Origin: a virus
Taxonomy: Duplodnaviria > Caudoviricetes
IMG/VR virus record: IMGVR_UViG_3300030376_004320
Coordinates: 1 to 40,563 of that record
Direction: 5' to 3' (one strand)
DNA length: 40,563 nucleotides
Part shown: positions 19,030 through 28,077 of the stretch, piece by piece
Layout of the letters: each line of letters opens with the position of its first letter
Position numbering within the stretch: the first letter of the stretch is position 1
Program-made: the position numbers and the translations under genes
The notes under the pieces: model-generated
What the model was told of the DNA's origin: nothing
The model's database searches: none
What the model saw: only the letters and a program-made list of their open reading frames with translations

Positions 19030-20778
19030 TTATACTAAGTTTAAGTCTTTACAATTAATTGTACCATAAAACTCAGGTCTAATCATTTTCTTAGCATATC
19101 GTGTCATCACACCTTTTCTTGGAGTGAAGTCACTTGGATCATATACTAATGGAGTCATAATTAGTGGCACATATGGTGAGTATACCGCACCAGTTTCTAA
19201 GAAATTACTTCCTCTGAAACCAACAAGTATTTTGTTCTCTTTCATATATGGGTTCTTGTAAACAGTAAATCTATTTTGTAGACTTCCTGCAACTTGAACA
19301 CCAGCCGCAAATTGTGATTTATTTCCATCTGTAGATACTGAGTATCCTGGTATTGATTCTAAGATTGTTGCAACAGTCGGAGAAACAACTACGAAGTTAG
19401 CACCACCTCTAAGAGTTAATCTTTGGATTTCGTTAGAAACCTTTTGGATTTTACCCAATAGAGTTTGATACCATTCGTATCTTGTTCCATAGAATGTTGT
19501 AATGCTCCAACCAGATTCACCAGTTCCTACACCATCATAATCCTCACCAGGAGTTGCAGACCAGAAATCTTCTGTTACTGCATCTGAGATTAACATATCT
19601 AAGATTTCTAAATCAATTTCCATAGAAATGTATTCAGATAACATAGATGTTAATTCAGCTTCAGCGTCAACAGAATGATAAGCATTTAAGTCTTGAGCTA
19701 ACTCAGGAGACCATACAGCTTTTAGTTTTCTTGTTTTCGCAACGATAGCTTGAGATTTAAGTTGTAAATCAACTTCAGGTATTGCTAATGTATCAGCAGT
19801 TGCATCACCTGTTGAATCTTCAAAGTCACCTCTGTCAGATTCTGTAGGTTGTTTTGTAAAGTTAATTGATGCAGATACAAAGTTAGTTGCACTACCAGCA
19901 GATGCTGCTGTATAAGTAACATCAGCAGAACAAGAAACAATAAATGAAATTGTTCCATCACCATTATCTTTAGAGAATTGTGGTAATAATTTTGCTTTTC
20001 CAGCAGTTAATTTTGTTCCCTCAGTAGCTGATTGTGTTAAGTTGAATGATCTAATTGCAAGAATATCAACACCTGATAAATCAGATTTTGTGAATGTTAA
20101 TTTATCAAAAGCACCTAAAGAAGCACTAAACTCTTGGTTAAAGTTTATATCTTTATATGTAGCAGCTGCTCTTGTAAAAGCACCTGCAGCATTTGCAGCT
20201 GCAAACTTAATCAAGCCTGAATTAACTTGGTTGATAGAATAATCATATCTACCTTCACCATATAAACCACCAACACCATATGGAGCAGATGAGCCAACAG
20301 GTGAGTTAGGACCAGTTTTACCACCAATAGATGTTACACCGCCACCATCAACGCCGATACCATCAGCAGTACTACCAGCACCATATCCTGATGGAGCACC
20401 TTGACCTGTTTTACCATATTTAAAGTCTAAGTAAAATACTAGACCAGATGGTAGGTTCATTGGTTGAACACTTACAAAGTCTTGAGCTGCAATTTCACCA
20501 AAGATTCTACGAACCAAAGGTAAAGCAACACCAGACCATTCTTCAGTAGAACTTGCTGCAGCAGCACCACCTGCTTGTCCACTTGTTCCACTGTTCTCAT
20601 TGATAAGTTGTTTTGCTTGGTTTTCAAGCATAACAGCCATACCACTTTTTTGAAAATCCTCATTTAAACCATCAAGAAGACCTGTTTTGTCCCATTTATT
20701 AACGAGAGCTTTAGCTTCATCTTGTTGTTTTTTATAAGGAGACGCGTCTAATAACGCATCATTTACATAGTTTGACAT
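19030..20778 (-). CDS. gp23: Major capsid protein (T4 gp23-like)
   Basis: LPLVRR, VSVQPMNLPSG, AKTRKLKAVWSPELAQDLNAYHSVDAEAEL, YSPYVPL, PRKGVMTRY. Confidence 0.97.
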   Translation of the reverse strand: MSNYVNDALLDASPYKKQQDEAKALVNKWDKTGLLDGLNEDFQKSGMAVMLENQAKQLINENSGTSGQAGGAAAASSTEEWSGVALPLVRRIFGEIAAQDFVSVQPMNLPSGLVFYLDFKYGKTGQGAPSGYGAGSTADGIGVDGGGVTSIGGKTGPNSPVGSSAPYGVGGLYGEGRYDYSINQVNSGLIKFAAANAAGAFTRAAATYKDINFNQEFSASLGAFDKLTFTKSDLSGVDILAIRSFNLTQSATEGTKLTAGKAKLLPQFSKDNGDGTISFIVSCSADVTYTAASAGSATNFVSASINFTKQPTESDRGDFEDSTGDATADTLAIPEVDLQLKSQAIVAKTRKLKAVWSPELAQDLNAYHSVDAEAELTSMLSEYISMEIDLEILDMLISDAVTEDFWSATPGEDYDGVGTGESGWSITTFYGTRYEWYQTLLGKIQKVSNEIQRLTLRGGANFVVVSPTVATILESIPGYSVSTDGNKSQFAAGVQVAGSLQNRFTVYKNPYMKENKILVGFRGSNFLETGAVYSPYVPLIMTPLVYDPSDFTPRKGVMTRYAKKMIRPEFYGTINCKDLNLV

Positions 20779-20799
20779 TTTTATTATCTCCTAATAATA

Positions 20800-21825
20800 T
20801 TATTTAATTAAACCAGCGAGTTTTCTAAATCTGTCAGCAACTTGAACTTCTTCAGAAATCACTTTTCTTGACTCTTCAGATGGTTTAGTTGACGCGACAG
20901 CAGAACTAGCTGATTCACTAATTGATTTTTTTGTTACGATTGAACCATTGTCAGAGAACTGTTCTGCAAGTGTAGAATAAACAAGTTTAATCTCTCTTGT
21001 AGTTTGTGCTCTATCAAAAGTTTCAACCACTTTAAGTTTCTGATTATTATCTAAACTATATTGTTTGAACAATTTATTTGTAAACAATAATTTAGCATTC
21101 AAGATGTTAACTTCGTGAAGTTTGTCTTTCAAGAAATGAACTGCTTCTTTGTATTCTTTCAATTCAGCTTCTAAAGAAGATTCTTTCATACCAGTTTTAC
21201 CTTTACCGATACCTGATGATACATCTGTATTGTCTTCTTTATTGTCACCTTTACCAATTCCAGATGATTTGTCAAGTTCTTCATCGACTTCGTCTTTGTC
21301 CTCGTCATCATCTTCTTCAGTAAGAGCAGCTTCATCTATTTCATACTCTTCTTCAACAGCTTCAGTAGATTCTTCAACTTCTTCACCTTCTTCAGCTTCA
21401 TCATCTTCACCTTCAGATAATTCTGCTTCAAGCTCTTTAATCACAGCTTCTAAGTCAAGGTCTTCTTCAACTTCATCATCGTCATCTTCTTCAACATCAT
21501 CTTCACCTTCTTCATGACGACCTTCTTCAGCTTCATCTTCATCATCCTCTTCTCTCATACCTTCTTCGTGTTCACCTTCTTCAGCTTCGTCATCGTCTTC
21601 ACGCATACCTTCTTCGTGTTCACCTTCTTCAGCTTCATCTTCGTGTTCGCCCTCTTCAGTATGTTCGCCTTCTTCAGTTTCGTCTTCTTCTTCTTTCAAC
21701 TTTGCAGAAAGCATAGATTTGATTTGAGGTGTGAATGCTTCTTCTAATGCCATCTTTGCATTTTCTAATGCAGTTTCTCTAACTGCTTTAGCGTCTGCGA
21801 TAGCTTCTTTTAAAATATCTCCCAT
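20800..21825 (-). CDS. Prohead core scaffold protein (gp22-like)
   Basis: Very acidic middle region, coiled-coil C-terminus, immediately upstream of MCP. Confidence 0.8.
   Translation of the reverse strand: MGDILKEAIADAKAVRETALENAKMALEEAFTPQIKSMLSAKLKEEEDETEEGEHTEEGEHEDEAEEGEHEEGMREDDDEAEEGEHEEGMREEDDEDEAEEGRHEEGEDDVEEDDDDEVEEDLDLEAVIKELEAELSEGEDDEAEEGEEVEESTEAVEEEYEIDEAALTEEDDDEDKDEVDEELDKSSGIGKGDNKEDNTDVSSGIGKGKTGMKESSLEAELKEYKEAVHFLKDKLHEVNILNAKLLFTNKLFKQYSLDNNQKLKVVETFDRAQTTREIKLVYSTLAEQFSDNGSIVTKKSISESASSAVASTKPSEESRKVISEEVQVADRFRKLAGLIK
21480..21695. repeat. Imperfect tandem repeat in scaffold gene encoding EAEEGEHEEG(MRE) units
   Basis: cataccttcttcgtgttcaccttcttcagcttc occurs twice, with several degenerate copies. 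Confidence 0.75.
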
Positions 21826-21856
21826 GATATTTTCTCCTCAATGTATTTTTTGGAAT

Positions 21857-21921
21857 AAGTTTATTAGGAAACTTAATATTTGTTAAGTTATATTTAGACA
21901 CCGTAAAAGGGTAGACGGTGT
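21857..21921 (-). promoter_or_regulatory. Structured 5' leader of scaffold-MCP mRNA
   Basis: Hairpin acaccgt/acggtgt (21898-21921) plus overlapping alternative hairpins 21870-21889 and 21857-21874. Confidence 0.45.
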
Positions 21922-21933
21922 ATTGGATTCTTA

Positions 21934-21946
21934 TGTATATAAATAT
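21934..21946 (-). promoter_or_regulatory. Putative late promoter variant ATATTTATATACA
   Basis: Recurrent motif upstream of scaffold/MCP. Confidence 0.6.
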
Positions 21947-21962
21947 TAATAATTAATAAAAA

Positions 21963-22451
21963 TCACAATAATTTTTTATGTTTTTTGATATTTAATCGTT
22001 TGAAATCTTCTGTCAATAAATTGTCATACCATTTGGTTTTTTTTAATTTATTACCAGCCTCACTCAAGTCTTTTCGTTTAGCTAAATTATACAATACACA
22101 AGGGGCTTTTTTTCTTGTATTCACACCACCAATGTTAAAATCCTCAAATGGTGAAAAGACCAATAACTTAATATGTTTCATATTGTGTTCTTTGATTTGT
22201 TCATTTAAGAACTTCTGATATGGTTTTCTTTTTGTTGTTTTCATATCATCACCAACATGTAAAATTAATCCAGTCTTGAAATCAGATTGTTCCCACTCTT
22301 GAATCATTTCAATCAATGATGTATCCATATCAGATGTATACACCATAAACTTTATATTACCAGTTTGTAAGTCACCAGCGATGAATGGACATATGGGCAT
22401 ATTATTAAATGTGGGATTTGGTGATTGTAAGAAATCCAAATATTCAAACAA
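21963..22451 (-). CDS. Hypothetical protein (DUF1415-like CPF motif); start uncertain
   Basis: PNPTFNNMPICPFIA; TTG start with no clear SD. Confidence 0.5.
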   Translation of the reverse strand: MFEYLDFLQSPNPTFNNMPICPFIAGDLQTGNIKFMVYTSDMDTSLIEMIQEWEQSDFKTGLILHVGDDMKTTKRKPYQKFLNEQIKEHNMKHIKLLVFSPFEDFNIGGVNTRKKAPCVLYNLAKRKDLSEAGNKLKKTKWYDNLLTEDFKRLNIKKHKKLL

Positions 22452-22476
22452 TTTATCGATTATTTCTTGGTGAGTA

Positions 22477-22731
22477 TTAATAGTTGTTTTTCGCTTTTTC
22501 TTTTTCGATATTGTATTTATTTCGTAGTTTAGCGAGATTTCTTTTGTGTCTTTTAATTTCTGATGGTTTTACATAATATTCTTTTTCTCTTAAATCTATG
22601 AATAAATTACTAGCTTTTATTTTTTTCTTTAAAACTTTTAAAGCCCCATCTACATTGTTGTTAAAAACCGTTACTGATAACCCTACTGCATTGTCTTTAG
22701 GTTTTTTCCTAAAGTTCCTTCTTTTTTTCAT
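22477..22731 (-). CDS. rpsU: Phage-encoded ribosomal protein bS21
   Basis: VTVFNNNVDGALKVLKKKI...LREKEYYVKPSEIKR matches the bS21 signature (AL+.FK+K...Y.KPS..R). Confidence 0.9.
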   Translation of the reverse strand: MKKRRNFRKKPKDNAVGLSVTVFNNNVDGALKVLKKKIKASNLFIDLREKEYYVKPSEIKRHKRNLAKLRNKYNIEKEKAKNNY

Positions 22732-22732
22732 A

Positions 22733-23989
22733 TTAACCTCTTGGATTTAGTTTGTTTTTCATAAAAAATTCTACTGCTTTATTATATTTTGCTTTTGGAA
22801 TACCACTCCATTCAAGTCCTTTACTACCTTTATCATTTAATGACCAATTTACAACTGATTCACCTGATGGATTGAATGGAAATTTTCCTTTATTCTTTTT
22901 TAAAAGTTTTTCTAATTTTGATTTATCTTTTTTATCAAAAAATATTGATTGAGACCTATAAGCTTCATTTACTTTTTCTTCTTTCATTTTTTTCAATTCT
23001 TTTTCTCTTATATCAATAATCTTTTGAAATGCTTTTTTCAAACCTGGTGATTTAGCTTTATTTCTTATTTCTTTCATTCCATTGTTTATGTGAGTAGCAA
23101 CTAATTTTCTTGTTACTTTAGTTCCTTTTCTAACTTCACCTACTTTATAATCTTTCATTATTTTATTTCTAACTAAAGATAAAGCACCTTGTGCTGTTTT
23201 ATCATTGTGTTTATCTAACATCTTTTCATAAGCACCACCTAAATTGATTTTTTCATCCATTTGTTCTTTGATGATTTCTCTAATGGTTTGTCTTAATTTT
23301 TGTTCAAATCTAAATCCACCTCTATCGTGTTCTTTAGCATTAACGATAGATAACATACCAACTTTTGATTTTGGAACTTTTAATTTAAGAATAGCTTTTT
23401 GTTTAGCATCATATAAACTCTTACCATCAATGGTATGTTTCTTTCTATTGTAGAAAGCATAAAATTTAGTTTCTGATAATTGTTCTGATTTAGATTTTAT
23501 AAACTCATTAGCCAAATATCTTTCTCTTCCGTATTGAGCCTTTGTCCATTTCTTACTCATTGATTTAGGCATTTCACTCAATTCAACACCTTCGTTATTC
23601 ACCATCCAAGCAACTCTACGAGCATCTGAATTATATACTTTCTTATAACGATTCTCTTCTAATTTTTTCATCCACATTCTAACTTCTTTTACCGTGTATC
23701 TTCTCATTTTGGATTCTTTAACTTTTTTCTTTGCTGCTTTTTCAGCTGCATCTAATTTAGCATTTTGAGCAGCTGCAAATTTGTCAGCTTTTTTCTTAGC
23801 GGACTTTGAAATCTTTTTCACATCTCTAACGGTAACGGTTTTACCATCAACTTTATGTTTACTACCAGGTTTCAGATTATGTTTCTTTCTATAAGCATCA
23901 TATTGTGCTTTAGAACCGAATGTTTTTTCAGTTAAATCAACTATAGTATGTCTTATAAGTTCTTTAAGCTGACTCTTCGTTACTTTCAC
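22733..23989 (-). CDS. Lys-rich modular putative internal head polyprotein
   Basis: MKVTKSQLKELI leader; modules separated by LTE, VKE, LSE, MDE, VNE. Confidence 0.6.
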   Translation of the reverse strand: MKVTKSQLKELIRHTIVDLTEKTFGSKAQYDAYRKKHNLKPGSKHKVDGKTVTVRDVKKISKSAKKKADKFAAAQNAKLDAAEKAAKKKVKESKMRRYTVKEVRMWMKKLEENRYKKVYNSDARRVAWMVNNEGVELSEMPKSMSKKWTKAQYGRERYLANEFIKSKSEQLSETKFYAFYNRKKHTIDGKSLYDAKQKAILKLKVPKSKVGMLSIVNAKEHDRGGFRFEQKLRQTIREIIKEQMDEKINLGGAYEKMLDKHNDKTAQGALSLVRNKIMKDYKVGEVRKGTKVTRKLVATHINNGMKEIRNKAKSPGLKKAFQKIIDIREKELKKMKEEKVNEAYRSQSIFFDKKDKSKLEKLLKKNKGKFPFNPSGESVVNWSLNDKGSKGLEWSGIPKAKYNKAVEFFMKNKLNPRG

Positions 23990-25004
23990 TATCTTCCTCC
24001 TCGATTAATTGTGCTTCACTTAAACAACCTCTTGCGACTGCTGTGTGAGCATCTTCCACTAATGTAAATTCTTTAACATCAATAGGAAATTCATCTTGAT
24101 TAAATTGTTCCCCTACTACTTCCATAAAACCCTTTACTAAACTTGTTCCACCACCAAATACGATTGGTATGGAATCAGGAAAGTTTGGAACACTTTCAGC
24201 ATTATTAAACTGATTTGTTAAGTTTGTTAATAAGTAATTCACCAATGCTCCGTAATAACTTCTGATAGCATTAATGATATTATACTCATCACTTCCCTCA
24301 TTATAAATATCATTTATCGCACTTTTTGTTAAATCCAACTTACTTGAGTTTTCTTTAACACTTATCACTTTTGCCTTTGTAACACCACAATCACTTGCGA
24401 CATTTTCATCAATCCAATCTCCACCTCTTGCTACAGAAAAGGAGAGTGCACTCATCCCTTGATACATCACACATACATTACACATTCCAGCACCCATAGA
24501 TATTGCAATCCCAGTTAAATCATTATCCACAAGTCCTTCGTAAGCGAGAGCAACACTCTCCTCTATAACTTTGACATTGTATCCATATGTTTCAATAATC
24601 TGTTTCAATACATCTTCGTGATAAGAAACTTCTCTTGTTTGGTCGATTGGTTTAGCTGGTATGCAATAAACACATACTTCATCTTTTTTAGCTTTTCCAA
24701 CCAACTCACCTATAATAGCATTCAATACAGGTAGTGCATCTTTTTCCTTCGGGTTCAATAACCCTTGAGACATTGGTCTCTTTAATTCTGTTGTGCTAAA
24801 TATTTGAGCATAATTAAAAGCGTGTTGTCCAACGATGTGAACCTTACCTGCTTTTTCAACAAATGGAATGTTTTGTCTTTTTAACATTCGTTTAACTTGA
24901 TTTGCATCTCCGTCAACGGTTAAGAATACATTTCTTTGTTTTTTCATACTTTTTTCTGTGGCTGTTATATAATAACTTGTTCCACAATCTAAGCCTTTAG
25001 CCAT
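23964..25004 (-). CDS. Actin-family ATPase (volactin/MreB/ParM superfamily)
   Basis: Phosphate-1 GLDCGT, RPMSQG, connect-1 EESVALAY, phosphate-2 ISMGAGMCNV, ARGGDWID, adenosine GGGTS, connect-2 TAVARG. Confidence 0.9.
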   Translation of the reverse strand: MAKGLDCGTSYYITATEKSMKKQRNVFLTVDGDANQVKRMLKRQNIPFVEKAGKVHIVGQHAFNYAQIFSTTELKRPMSQGLLNPKEKDALPVLNAIIGELVGKAKKDEVCVYCIPAKPIDQTREVSYHEDVLKQIIETYGYNVKVIEESVALAYEGLVDNDLTGIAISMGAGMCNVCVMYQGMSALSFSVARGGDWIDENVASDCGVTKAKVISVKENSSKLDLTKSAINDIYNEGSDEYNIINAIRSYYGALVNYLLTNLTNQFNNAESVPNFPDSIPIVFGGGTSLVKGFMEVVGEQFNQDEFPIDVKEFTLVEDAHTAVARGCLSEAQLIEEEDSESNEESA

Positions 25005-25005
25005 A

Positions 25006-25317
25006 TTAACCTCTTAGTTTTTTTAGTTTATCTTTTTGGGTTTTCACTTTACCCTTAATTTTTTCGTCTAATTTGACACTTGATTCGTCTGATTTTGTGT
25101 CCATTATCACATTACTCTTTATATCTACTTCTATTGGCCCCATATTCTTTTTAACTTTTGTTTCCTCTATCGTTGAAGTTTTTATTACTTCTCCGATGTT
25201 TAAGTTGGGAGACTTGTGAAACTTAAAGTTTTTTGAAACCCATATGAATAAAATCCATAGTCCGAAAAGAGACTGCCATATGAATAGACTGATAAATATG
25301 AAATCTAACAATTCCAC
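25006..25317 (-). CDS. Single-pass membrane protein, putative actin partner
   Basis: N-terminal hydrophobic helix FIFISLFIWQSLFGLWILFIWV; ends 1 nt before the actin start; C-terminal motif shared with 14933-15319. Confidence 0.7.
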   Translation of the reverse strand: MELLDFIFISLFIWQSLFGLWILFIWVSKNFKFHKSPNLNIGEVIKTSTIEETKVKKNMGPIEVDIKSNVIMDTKSDESSVKLDEKIKGKVKTQKDKLKKLRG

Positions 25318-25949
25318 TATTTATTCCTAATCATATCTCCAAGTGAAGGTATACCAACTACACCACCTATATCTTTTAAACTCTTACTTTCTTTCTTAAC
25401 TGCTTTAGTAACAGCTTGTCTTCTTTTATGTAAATACTCATCTGAATCATCCACATCACCATCATTGTCAATATCTTTATCTTCTCTATCTTTAAAGTCA
25501 TCTTCAGGTTCTACTTTTGATGGGTCAACTTTATCTAATTTTTCTTCAACTTCAGAATCCTCATCATCGTGTCCATAAACATGAGCTTCATCAATATCAT
25601 AGTAACGATTCAATACATGTCCGATGTCTTCATATAATGCAGTCATTCTTTGATTTAAAGCTTGTGCTTCTTTAGCAGTCTTTTGAAATTCAACCACACT
25701 ACCTTTTAATGTTTTCATATTTTTATTAACTGAAATCTTATCAAACCAATCATCTTGTTCACCTAAGATGTGATGATGTGCAGATTCTGCAATTTCAGCA
25801 AGTTGTTTAGCTGTTTCAACAATGTTATTGTTATTGTAAAGTTGTTTACCCACAATACCAAAGTTTTTAACACCTTCAACTACTTTGTATTTATCTACTT
25901 GTGGTGAGTCTTCAAACACCTCTTGTAGTATGTTTTTTAATTTAGCCAT
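25317..25949 (-). CDS. Putative prohead/internal head protein with EF-hand-like DIDNDGDVD motif
   Basis: MAKLKNILQE leader; DKDIDNDGDVDDSDEYLHKRR motif recalled from marine T4-like head proteins. Confidence 0.6.
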   Translation of the reverse strand: MAKLKNILQEVFEDSPQVDKYKVVEGVKNFGIVGKQLYNNNNIVETAKQLAEIAESAHHHILGEQDDWFDKISVNKNMKTLKGSVVEFQKTAKEAQALNQRMTALYEDIGHVLNRYYDIDEAHVYGHDDEDSEVEEKLDKVDPSKVEPEDDFKDREDKDIDNDGDVDDSDEYLHKRRQAVTKAVKKESKSLKDIGGVVGIPSLGDMIRNK

Positions 25950-25959
25950 TTTTGTCTCC

Positions 25960-26247
25960 CTATTCCCAAAATATTAGTTTAGCGATTACACCCAACACTA
26001 ATGAGTAAATACCCCATAATGCATGAGTTACATTTTGTTTAAAACTTTTTAATTCTTCTATTTCTTGTATATTGATTTGTTTTCTCCAATAAGTATTTTT
26101 GTTTACTCTCACAATAATACCATCTTCAGGATCTAACAACACTTCTTTAATTTCTTTGACGGTAGTATGAATCTCTTCCAATTCACCATTCATTAACTTC
26201 GTCTCAACACAATCTAATTTTTTTAATATGTCTTTATTTGTCGCCAT
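25960..26247 (-). CDS. Small protein with C-terminal transmembrane helix
   Basis: Coiled-coil followed by ALWGIYSLVLGVIAKLIFW. Confidence 0.6.
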   Translation of the reverse strand: MATNKDILKKLDCVETKLMNGELEEIHTTVKEIKEVLLDPEDGIIVRVNKNTYWRKQINIQEIEELKSFKQNVTHALWGIYSLVLGVIAKLIFWE

Positions 26248-26822
26248 TATCTTTTCTTTCCTTTTTTACCACCAAAGTATTTTCTAAATCTATCAATGAT
26301 TTTATCTTTGGTTAATACTTTATGTAAAAAATCTGTTTCATATGGATGAGCTCTTGTAATATCACCATATTGTAATCCTCTATAAATATCAAAAAAATCA
26401 ATAACTCCAGCTTTTGCCTTTGACATCCAATCCTTTACCACTTTATATTGAACCTTTCTTAATTCTTTTGCATATTGTCTAATAGCACCATCAACAATTT
26501 TTTGAGCTTCTTTTGATGAATATGATTGTGGTGAATCCCACGATTCTTTTAAATCACTATTCAGTAAATAATCTCTTGATTTGTTTAAATAATTAGAAGC
26601 CAATGTGATTTTATCTGTCCACCACGCTGGTAAAGAACTTTCTTTATCCATTGATTCTAATTTTTGTAATAATTCTTGTGAATCTTCAATTGATAACTTT
26701 AACTTTCTAATAGCAGATGGAACATCAGTATGTCCGTCTTCATTGACTTTAAAAGGTTTTCTGTCTTTATCAGTATAAACCTTACCTAATTCAATATCTT
26801 TTAATAAGTCTTGAAGTTTCAT
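26247..26822 (-). CDS. Putative modular internal head protein
   Basis: MKLQDLL leader; VNE and LKE junctions; LPAWWTDKITLASNYL module. Confidence 0.6.
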   Translation of the reverse strand: MKLQDLLKDIELGKVYTDKDRKPFKVNEDGHTDVPSAIRKLKLSIEDSQELLQKLESMDKESSLPAWWTDKITLASNYLNKSRDYLLNSDLKESWDSPQSYSSKEAQKIVDGAIRQYAKELRKVQYKVVKDWMSKAKAGVIDFFDIYRGLQYGDITRAHPYETDFLHKVLTKDKIIDRFRKYFGGKKGKKR

Positions 26823-27172
26823 ACCTTTAACTTCTTCCCATACTTACCCATCATTATCAACAATTTATTTCTTTCACTATTTAATTTTTTCTTAACCATA
26901 ATATCTTCTTTATAGAAATCAGCTATATTCTTTTTTATTACCTTTTCAGCTTTTGGCCATAATTTTATAGCTTTAGGGTCACCCACCATTACTGCTTGAA
27001 TTAATGCAGCAACATCACCATTATGTACTGTTTTAGAATAATATTTTTCTTGAAGTTCACCTTCTTCTCTTGGAAATATCATTGGTAAACCATTTTTCAA
27101 CAAATTTCTCATCTGTTGATATGATTCACTTGTTGAAGCTTCGTTTAATAATTTTTTTAATTTAATCATCAT
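26819..27172 (-). CDS. Putative internal head protein (start revised to MMIKLKKLLNE)
   Basis: ATG at 27172 follows the upstream stop at 27178 and restores the shared leader. Confidence 0.55.
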   Translation of the reverse strand: MMIKLKKLLNEASTSESYQQMRNLLKNGLPMIFPREEGELQEKYYSKTVHNGDVAALIQAVMVGDPKAIKLWPKAEKVIKKNIADFYKEDIMVKKKLNSERNKLLIMMGKYGKKLKV

Positions 27173-27177
27173 AGTCC

Positions 27178-28077
27178 CTAAGTTGGTAACTTTAACTTTA
27201 CTCTTGACCAAAGTTTACCCAATACCATAATTAATTTTTTCTCACTCATTTTGTTCATTTTTTCTTTGTCTTTATCTTTGACGGCATTGTATAACTTCAT
27301 TAATAGATTTGCTGATTGCATATCTACTGTTTGTCCTCCAACTTTTGCATGTTGTTTATCTTTTACAATTTTTGCAATTTTTGCCATACCACCTATTGGT
27401 TCTACTTCTTCTTTCATTTTTTTCTTAATCAAATGAGGACCTGCAGGTTCTTCACCTAATTCACCATTTTCACCATACCCACAAGTTCCTTCTGATACTT
27501 TACCTGCAGCTAATCCTTGTTTCATATACTTTTGAGTAGCTTTAAAAAATGTCATCATTTCAGTTCTGTCCAAGAACACAGGTTTTTTACCTGATTTTTG
27601 TAATGTGATTCCTTTAAATTCTATTTTAACCTTAACACCATTTGGTAATGTTACCATTTTGGCCTCATTCAGTTTTGCTTCGTGAGTTGTAAATGAACGA
27701 CCAAGTACACTTCTTACAGCTTTAGCCAAAGCACTAACACTTTTTCTATCTAAACCAAGTTTACCCTTTTTACCCACAAGTTGTAATCTATCCCTACCAG
27801 CAAAACTAACATCTTTCATTTTTGATATTCTGACTGTGGTTTCATTGATTTTATTCAATTCTTCACGAACCATTTTCTTAATCAAATTTCTAACTCTTTG
27901 TTCTCGTTTCACTTTTTCTGGTTTCCCTTTGTGTTTCGTTGAAGCAAAATCATCAACATCTTTTTTCTTCATTGACTTAGCAACTTTTCCAGCTTCACCC
28001 TTTTTAGGTTTATCACCTTTTTGCATTGCTTTCACAACACCAAAAAACCTTTGTTGAGCTTTTGATTGAGCTGGCAT
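27178..28077 (-). CDS. Modular putative internal head polyprotein with DUF3008-like N-terminus
   Basis: MPAQSKAQQRFFG...DFASTKHKG; INE, LNE, VSE junctions; two modules paralogous to 39243-39746. Confidence 0.65.
   Translation of the reverse strand: MPAQSKAQQRFFGVVKAMQKGDKPKKGEAGKVAKSMKKKDVDDFASTKHKGKPEKVKREQRVRNLIKKMVREELNKINETTVRISKMKDVSFAGRDRLQLVGKKGKLGLDRKSVSALAKAVRSVLGRSFTTHEAKLNEAKMVTLPNGVKVKIEFKGITLQKSGKKPVFLDRTEMMTFFKATQKYMKQGLAAGKVSEGTCGYGENGELGEEPAGPHLIKKKMKEEVEPIGGMAKIAKIVKDKQHAKVGGQTVDMQSANLLMKLYNAVKDKDKEKMNKMSEKKLIMVLGKLWSRVKLKLPT

Noticed and set aside
21480-21695. Repeats resembling a CRISPR array or VNTR
   Set aside because: In-frame coding repeats of the acidic scaffold; no unique spacers or cas genes
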